Assembly: GCA_963840085.1 (NCBI GenBank)
Contig: CAWIYT010000123.1
Coordinates: 1 to 32,000 of the forward strand
Length of the DNA: 32,000 bases
Direction of reading: 5' to 3'
From: an uncultured Nitrososphaerales archaeon
GTDB taxonomy: Archaea > Thermoproteota > Nitrososphaeria > Nitrososphaerales > Nitrososphaeraceae
A program made the translations under genes and the position numbers. Below the pieces are notes generated by a model, which saw only the letters and a list, made by a program, of their open reading frames with translations, ran no database searches and was not told the origin of the DNA. Shown here in pieces: positions 27,156 to 32,000 of the stretch. Numbering within the stretch: position 1 is the first letter of the stretch; every line of letters starts with the position of its first letter.

Positions 27156-27723
27156 CGTTTGTCAGTCAAAGATAAATAGTATTACACAATTCTCTTACCA
27201 CCATTCCTATGATTCAATTTGCATATCAATTATTCTTCTTATTTGATGTTCTCTCATTCGATCCTTTAAATTAACCAAATTATTAATATAGAATTTTTTG
27301 TATTTGGACCTTGAAGGTCATTGTATCTTTATGTGAGTTTATAATATGCTCCATTGCTTTATAGCAGCAGTATTCTTGTTGATTCAAGTTTTGAAATATT
27401 TATCACTATCGATTCTGCTGTACGAATATTGTATTTTATAAAAATTGATACTAACAAATTTTTAGATGGGTGGTATTTATCAAATACTATTATAGAGAAT
27501 AATAAATAATAATATAAAATCCTCTCTCCTATCTATACAAATAATATTCAGTAATTTTTTTTATAATTTTTATAATATAAAGCCAGCTTTATAATTATCA
27601 CTAAGAGTCAACAATGGAAACAGAAACTGGGGATTGTCATAAGACCTCTCTGTGATTCTTTTAATTAAACCATAAGATAGTTATATCATTATTTATATAA
27701 TTTAGTAAGGAAATCCATCTACA

Positions 27724-28608
27724 ATGACAAATAATGGAACTAGAAAAGGTAGCATTGATGATGATAATTTAGATTATGCTGCTTCTCCTATTTTACTTAC
27801 ACAATATAGTTCTGAGGCATCACAATTAATTAAATCGTTTACAAAATATATGCCATTTGTTGTAATAATTCTAACTCTAATTGCAGTTATGACAATTTTT
27901 GATTTATCTGCAGATTTAGGTTTTACCCATGTGTTAGCTGACGAAATAATTGATGCAATGATAATTGTTGTATCCATATTTCTTATTCTATTTCTTATTT
28001 TCACAGTAAGACCTGTATTAAGATCTCAAAAAATATTAGATAAATGGTCAAATCTATTTGAAAACAATGCGATTAGAACTGGCATACTACTTACAATCAA
28101 CAATAAGAGTAAAGAAGAAATTTTGAATGCGCTATCGGAAACGATTGAACAGATAGATATACCATTACAACATTATCTTTCAAAATCAAGCCATAATGAA
28201 TTTTATGATATTAGTATTGACGATACTACTACTAATACCACCACCACTTTTGATATCTTAATTGATAAGTCAACAATCAAACCGAACATAGATTCAGATT
28301 CAGATTCAGATTCTTCTTCTTTAAGAAATGCTATTCAAGATTATGGAAGTATTTTAGTTAAAATTGTAGATGGTATTATTGATAAAAATAATACTCAAAG
28401 TTTTATAGAATCACTAGGAAAGTATAAAAAAAGAGGTAACAAAATAGGATTAGCTATGATAATAGGAGAAAGTATAGACTCAGAAAGTTACAAACTAGTC
28501 AATAAAATTAAAGATAAAACAATTAGTGAAAATCTAATCTTAATAGAAAAGCCTACTAATAATTATATAGATTCTGATTTAAAGAATCTAAACAATATAT
28601 TAACTTAA
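27724..28608 (+). CDS. Hypothetical two-TM membrane protein with a soluble C-terminal domain
   Basis: 294 aa. Two hydrophobic helices (residues about 42-95) and low-complexity 'TTTNTTTT' and 'DSDSDSDSSS' tracts. Confidence 0.55.
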   Translation: MTNNGTRKGSIDDDNLDYAASPILLTQYSSEASQLIKSFTKYMPFVVIILTLIAVMTIFDLSADLGFTHVLADEIIDAMIIVVSIFLILFLIFTVRPVLRSQKILDKWSNLFENNAIRTGILLTINNKSKEEILNALSETIEQIDIPLQHYLSKSSHNEFYDISIDDTTTNTTTTFDILIDKSTIKPNIDSDSDSDSSSLRNAIQDYGSILVKIVDGIIDKNNTQSFIESLGKYKKRGNKIGLAMIIGESIDSESYKLVNKIKDKTISENLILIEKPTNNYIDSDLKNLNNILT

Positions 28609-28609
28609 A

Positions 28610-28930
28610 CTATCCTATCTTTTCATCATCATTATCATTAATATCTCTAACAAAAGATAAAAAATCCTTAATCCATTTTAAATAAGCTTCAAACCCTTTT
28701 TCTGTGACAAGATATGCTTTTGAACTAGATGTATCAATTAATTTAATATATCCATTTTCTTCCAATCTATTCAATAAAAGAGAAATTCTATCTGGACGCT
28801 GTTGTCTGATTGCATTAATTTTTGTCATTATATGATATTTACTTATCGGTGTTTTTGTTGAATATAAGCAAAGATATTCTAATATGGATAACATAGTATA
28901 TTCTGAAGAAAATCTCTTTGCTTTTGTCAA
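28610..28930 (-). CDS. Small winged-helix DNA-binding protein (PadR/MarR-like)
   Basis: 106 aa. 'SILEYL...TPISKYHIMTKI...RISLLLNRLEENGYIKLI...AYLVTEKGFEAYLKWIKDF' has a wHTH layout. TTG start. Confidence 0.6.
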   Translation of the reverse strand: MTKAKRFSSEYTMLSILEYLCLYSTKTPISKYHIMTKINAIRQQRPDRISLLLNRLEENGYIKLIDTSSSKAYLVTEKGFEAYLKWIKDFLSFVRDINDNDDEKIG

Positions 28931-29050
28931 TCATTATATTTAATTTTCTAGGGTAAATAAGAGATTTTATAAAATAGAAAGTAAAAAAATATTATAGAAG
29001 ATGCTTTTTCAAACGTTATTGTTGTTGATATATATATATCAAACGGCCGT

Positions 29051-29506
29051 TTATGTTCTTCTTTTTATAGTCTCCTCCTGCTTGCTTCTGTTGGTCATTA
29101 TTCTATATATTAGATATCCTGACATGGCAACTATAATTCCTTGTAATACTTTTGTTATCATATCAAATTTTCCAATATAGAATTCTACACCTATAATAGG
29201 AACTCCTACTGTCCTTGATGCAGCATATGTAATTATCAATATTATTGAAATAACTATCAATATTGGATAAGGCAAAACACTTTTTAATTTATTAACTAAA
29301 ATCCATCCTACTAAACCTAGATAAATTATACCTGATCCAGCAAAAAGGGCAATTTCTATTTGAAGCTCTGGTATTTCACTTTCTAATCCTTCTGCAGCAA
29401 ACTCTATTAAAGATGTATATTCATTATATGCCAAAATAAAATATATTATTGAAGTAGACAGAGTTATTGCTGCAAGTATATATACTATAATATGTTGTAG
29501 ATTCAT
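29051..29506 (-). CDS. Hypothetical four-TM membrane protein
   Basis: 151 aa with four hydrophobic segments. Confidence 0.55.
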   Translation of the reverse strand: MNLQHIIVYILAAITLSTSIIYFILAYNEYTSLIEFAAEGLESEIPELQIEIALFAGSGIIYLGLVGWILVNKLKSVLPYPILIVISIILIITYAASRTVGVPIIGVEFYIGKFDMITKVLQGIIVAMSGYLIYRIMTNRSKQEETIKRRT

Positions 29507-29620
29507 ACTGTGTAATAAGTTGATTATTTAATAAAATAAAAGTATTGATATAACATAGTTGACTTATAATTAAGTTACATTATTCTTTTTATACAATTTG
29601 TATAAACATATCGAACAATT

Positions 29621-29983
29621 ATGAAAACCAAATTTACAAAGATATTTGTAGTAGTAGTAGCATCAACCGTCATAGGTTTGTCAATTTTTGCAATGACAAA
29701 TTCTAATAATAATAATGCATTTGCTCAAAAGGCGGGATTTGATAAGGAATTGAATTTACTGAATCAAGCAGTAACTGCATTAGAAAATCAGGATAAAAGT
29801 GCAAAAAAATCATTATTTGACGCTGAAGGGATAATTGAAGATAAAATGAAAGATAATCCAGGAATTGCAAATGCAGAAAAAAGAGTAGAAGCCGCGATTA
29901 AAATGGTGGGTGAAGGTAACTTTCAAGCTGCAATTGACCACACAAAAGAAGCTATTAAAACCTTGAGTGATTTGAACAAATAA
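29621..29983 (+). CDS. Small secreted helical protein
   Basis: 120 aa. N-terminal signal or anchor sequence ('IFVVVVASTVIGLSIFAM') with 'AFAQ' nearby, then a charged helical sequence. Confidence 0.55.
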   Translation: MKTKFTKIFVVVVASTVIGLSIFAMTNSNNNNAFAQKAGFDKELNLLNQAVTALENQDKSAKKSLFDAEGIIEDKMKDNPGIANAEKRVEAAIKMVGEGNFQAAIDHTKEAIKTLSDLNK

Positions 29984-30609
29984 AAGTACCCTAGATCATT
30001 ATAGCTAGCATTATCTTAATTTTTTTCTCCAACAATTATATATTATTTGGTTATGAGTATATGAATTGATTTGGTTATAAATACAGAAAATGTTTTTTTT
30101 CAAAATGATATAAATTCTGTGGATATAACACTATAGATATAAAGTACTATAATATCGCGATAACACAAATAAAAGATAGGAAAGAAAACTTAAGAACAGA
30201 TCTTTCAATCAACAAATCAATTAATAGTATAGTTGTCTCTATGGTAATAGTTCTTACCTGAAGATTTTGCTCCTTGGGTTTTTTATCGCATCCATGAGAA
30301 TCTCGCTTAAAGAGTTTAGACTATAATCATCAATGGAAAGGACTGTCTTTATGTTACCTCTGCAGCTACTATTAAAAATACTATGGCGATGGAAAGTATT
30401 ACTAACATTGTTTTTGAAATTTTAGTTGTTGTTATTATTAAAATTTTAAATTATTAATATTCAATAACTATTTTAAAGAAACTTCTATAATCTCCTTTGA
30501 CCATTTTATATCAATCGTTTCATTTATCTTTTATCCTATGATTAACTTTGTTCACCGAATTTTAAATATTCTATAGTCTTTCAAATACTAACACCTCTGG
30601 TCACAATAT

Positions 30610-30657
30610 TAGCCATAGCCATATCTACTGGTTGCTCTATATTGCAGGCTATGGCTA
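30610..30657. repeat. Perfect 11-bp inverted repeat (tagccatagcc / ggctatggcta) with a 26-nt spacer
   Basis: Read directly: 30610-30620 and 30647-30657. Confidence 0.85.
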
Positions 30658-30749
30658 TACTCAATTATCTCCAATTATTAAATATTATAATTATCAATAT
30701 AATAGTGAAATAGACGCCAAGAAAAAGAATTCTCTCTCCTCCCCTAACT

Positions 30750-30804
30750 GCCATAGCTATCTAAATTGTTGTTGTTAATTTGCGATTCTGTATTTGGCTA
30801 TGGC
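30750..30804. repeat. Second inverted pair of the same 8-mer (gccatagc / gctatggc)
   Basis: 30750-30757 and 30797-30804. Confidence 0.8.
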
Positions 30805-30830
30805 CTTAATATAATTTTATTATTTAGGCA

Positions 30831-30872
30831 ATACCTCTAATGGTGTAAAAAATACCTCTATTGATGTAAAAA
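30831..30872 (+). repeat. Tandem direct repeat, 2 x 21 bp (19/21 identical)
   Basis: 'atacctctaatggtgtaaaaa' followed by 'atacctctattgatgtaaaaa'. Confidence 0.85.
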
Positions 30873-30897
30873 AAGGAATTACAAATATTTTATACTT

Positions 30898-31265
30898 TTA
30901 TTTCTTTGGATACTTTGTGTCTAATTCTTTCAAAATAGTATCACCATTTTTTGGGTCCAACATCTTTATTATTAAATCCATTTTTTCTTCTTTTCATTCA
31001 TCCATTCTTTAGATTGTGGTGATCCCACATATCAAAGAATACTGAGTCCTGCAACCTGCCATATCAATTGTAAGAATTCCGATTGCCAATTTTCCATTGT
31101 ATCTCTAAATGTCATATTAAGGTAATCAGAAATTTCTATATAGGTTGATTATCTTCTTTTTTGTTCATCTAGATAGGAAAACCATGTAAAAATCCAATGA
31201 AAGCTTAGAGATATTGCAAATAAAGAAAGAGTAATCAAAAAATATACACGTTTATTTTTCCACAA
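30898..31265 (-). pseudogene. Decayed gene for a small membrane protein with an 'ENWQSEFLQ...GSPQSK' motif
   Basis: Hand translation gives 'MWKNKRVYFLITLSLFAISLSFHWIFTWFSYLDEQKRR*STYIEISDYLNMTFRDTMENWQSEFLQLIWQVAGLSIL*YVGSPQSKEWMNEKKKK' and, after a frameshift, 'MDLIIKMLDPKNGDTILKELDTKYPKK*'. There are in-frame stops, TAA at 31149-31151 and TGA at 31032-31034. The frameshift is in a 6-nt homopolymer run (T on the plus strand, 30981-30986). I recall this family as DUF6766, but I am not sure of the name. Confidence 0.6.
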
Positions 31266-31413
31266 TTCCTATAACCATTAAAATGCATTAAGAAATTTAA
31301 AAATATGTGATTTTTTATACCAGATAATCCTTAAGCAGAAAGTAGTAGAATAAAAAACAAATTTTTATTAATTAATTATTTTCATTGATCTAATTTATTA
31401 AAGAATTATATCA

Positions 31414-31959
31414 TTAATAAGATATCTGTCCTCTTATTTCACCTTGAGGATGATCCCGACTTTGAACATATACATATGATTCGCCAGAATCAATTAATCC
31501 AATTAATTCGTTTAGTGATGAACCTTTTAATGGACCTTCAAGATCTTTTTCTTCTAATACTCCTTCAACTGACAAGCCAGGTCCTTCTCTACAATGTCCT
31601 TTTCCCTTTTTTTCATTACACAAGGATAAGACAGTAGGGCCATTTTCACCAGGTGTTCCCAGATGTATTTGAATTATTTCTACATCATCACCTTCTTCAT
31701 AACTCATACCTTCCAAGAATACTTCATACGATAATTCGTCTATAGAAGGATCAAATGACAGATAAACTATACCATGTGAATCTGAATCATAATTTCTATC
31801 TTCAGATACCACTTGATATGGGTCTAAAGGGGCAACAAAGTTAATTCCATAATTATCAAATGCATCCACATTTTGATCAATGATATACTCTAATCCATAC
31901 AAAATAAAGGACATTGTAAGTACAGTCGATACGAACATTTTTAGATACATATTTACCAA
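31414..31959 (-). CDS. Secreted CHRD-domain protein
   Basis: 181 aa with an N-terminal signal/anchor. CHRD hallmarks are 'IQIHLGTPGENGPTVLSL' and the C-terminal 'YVYVQSRDHPQGEIRGQI'. Confidence 0.7.
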   Translation of the reverse strand: MVNMYLKMFVSTVLTMSFILYGLEYIIDQNVDAFDNYGINFVAPLDPYQVVSEDRNYDSDSHGIVYLSFDPSIDELSYEVFLEGMSYEEGDDVEIIQIHLGTPGENGPTVLSLCNEKKGKGHCREGPGLSVEGVLEEKDLEGPLKGSSLNELIGLIDSGESYVYVQSRDHPQGEIRGQISY

Positions 31960-32000
31960 TTAAATCTAAGATATTTCAGGAATTCGAAAGATCATCTGGT

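Noticed and set aside
27774-28004. ORF antisense to the 294-aa membrane protein gene
   Set aside because: It is a shadow ORF.
30250-30420. A start-less minus-strand open frame of about 50 codons ('...NVSNTFHRHSIFNSSCRGNIKTVLSIDDYSLNSLSEILMDAIKNPRSKIFR*') and a 19-codon TM-like peptide
   Set aside because: There is no start codon and no recognisable motif. It could be another gene remnant, but I cannot support a call.
30000-30900. The ORF-free AT-rich region with repeated motifs considered as a replication origin
   Set aside because: No orc1/cdc6 gene is nearby and I recognised no origin-recognition-box-like consensus. Part of the desert is explained by a pseudogene. I left it as a motif observation only.

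Overview
AT-rich archaeal window. The gene content points to an ammonia-oxidising thaumarchaeon of the Nitrososphaerales, possibly Nitrosocosmicus-like: NpdG-type F420 reductase, heme-copper oxidase fused to plastocyanin-like domains, a CdvB/ESCRT-III-like protein, a TrmB regulator, poly-N and S/T-rich linkers. This assignment is inference from gene content only. Layout: (a) 1-4678, the right-hand part of an integrated element at a tRNA-Arg(UCG) gene. It carries a tyrosine integrase, an IS1595-like transposase homolog, small zinc-binding proteins and a P-loop protein; its left border lies outside the window. (b) 5083-10543, housekeeping genes: HTH/coiled-coil protein, class I aminotransferase, HtpX protease, F420 reductase, histidine phosphatase. 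(c) 10630-14647, a terminal oxidase locus (coxB in two pieces, coxA, blue-copper protein, heme A synthase). It shows several anomalies: split or frameshifted genes, a 65-bp tandem duplication at a gene junction, and a 27-nt perfect inverted repeat inside GA/TC tracts that bracket coxA through ctaA. (d) 14853-20072, a membrane beta-sandwich protein, a 618-aa tandem SDR protein, a CdvB-like protein and a TrmB-like regulator. (e) 20377-27163, an IS-dense island. It holds an IS481-like element nested in an IS630-like element, two diverged IS5-like copies abutting head to head, an RTX-repeat protein, and an intact IS6-like element with an 8-bp target duplication. (f) 27724-31959, uncharacterised membrane, secreted and wHTH genes. 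This part also includes 1.4 kb free of long ORFs (30000-31400) containing a decayed pseudogene, a GC-rich 8-mer present four times and a 21-bp tandem repeat, followed by a CHRD-domain protein. I found no CRISPR array or rRNA. All functional calls rest on motifs recognised by eye; no database search was possible.
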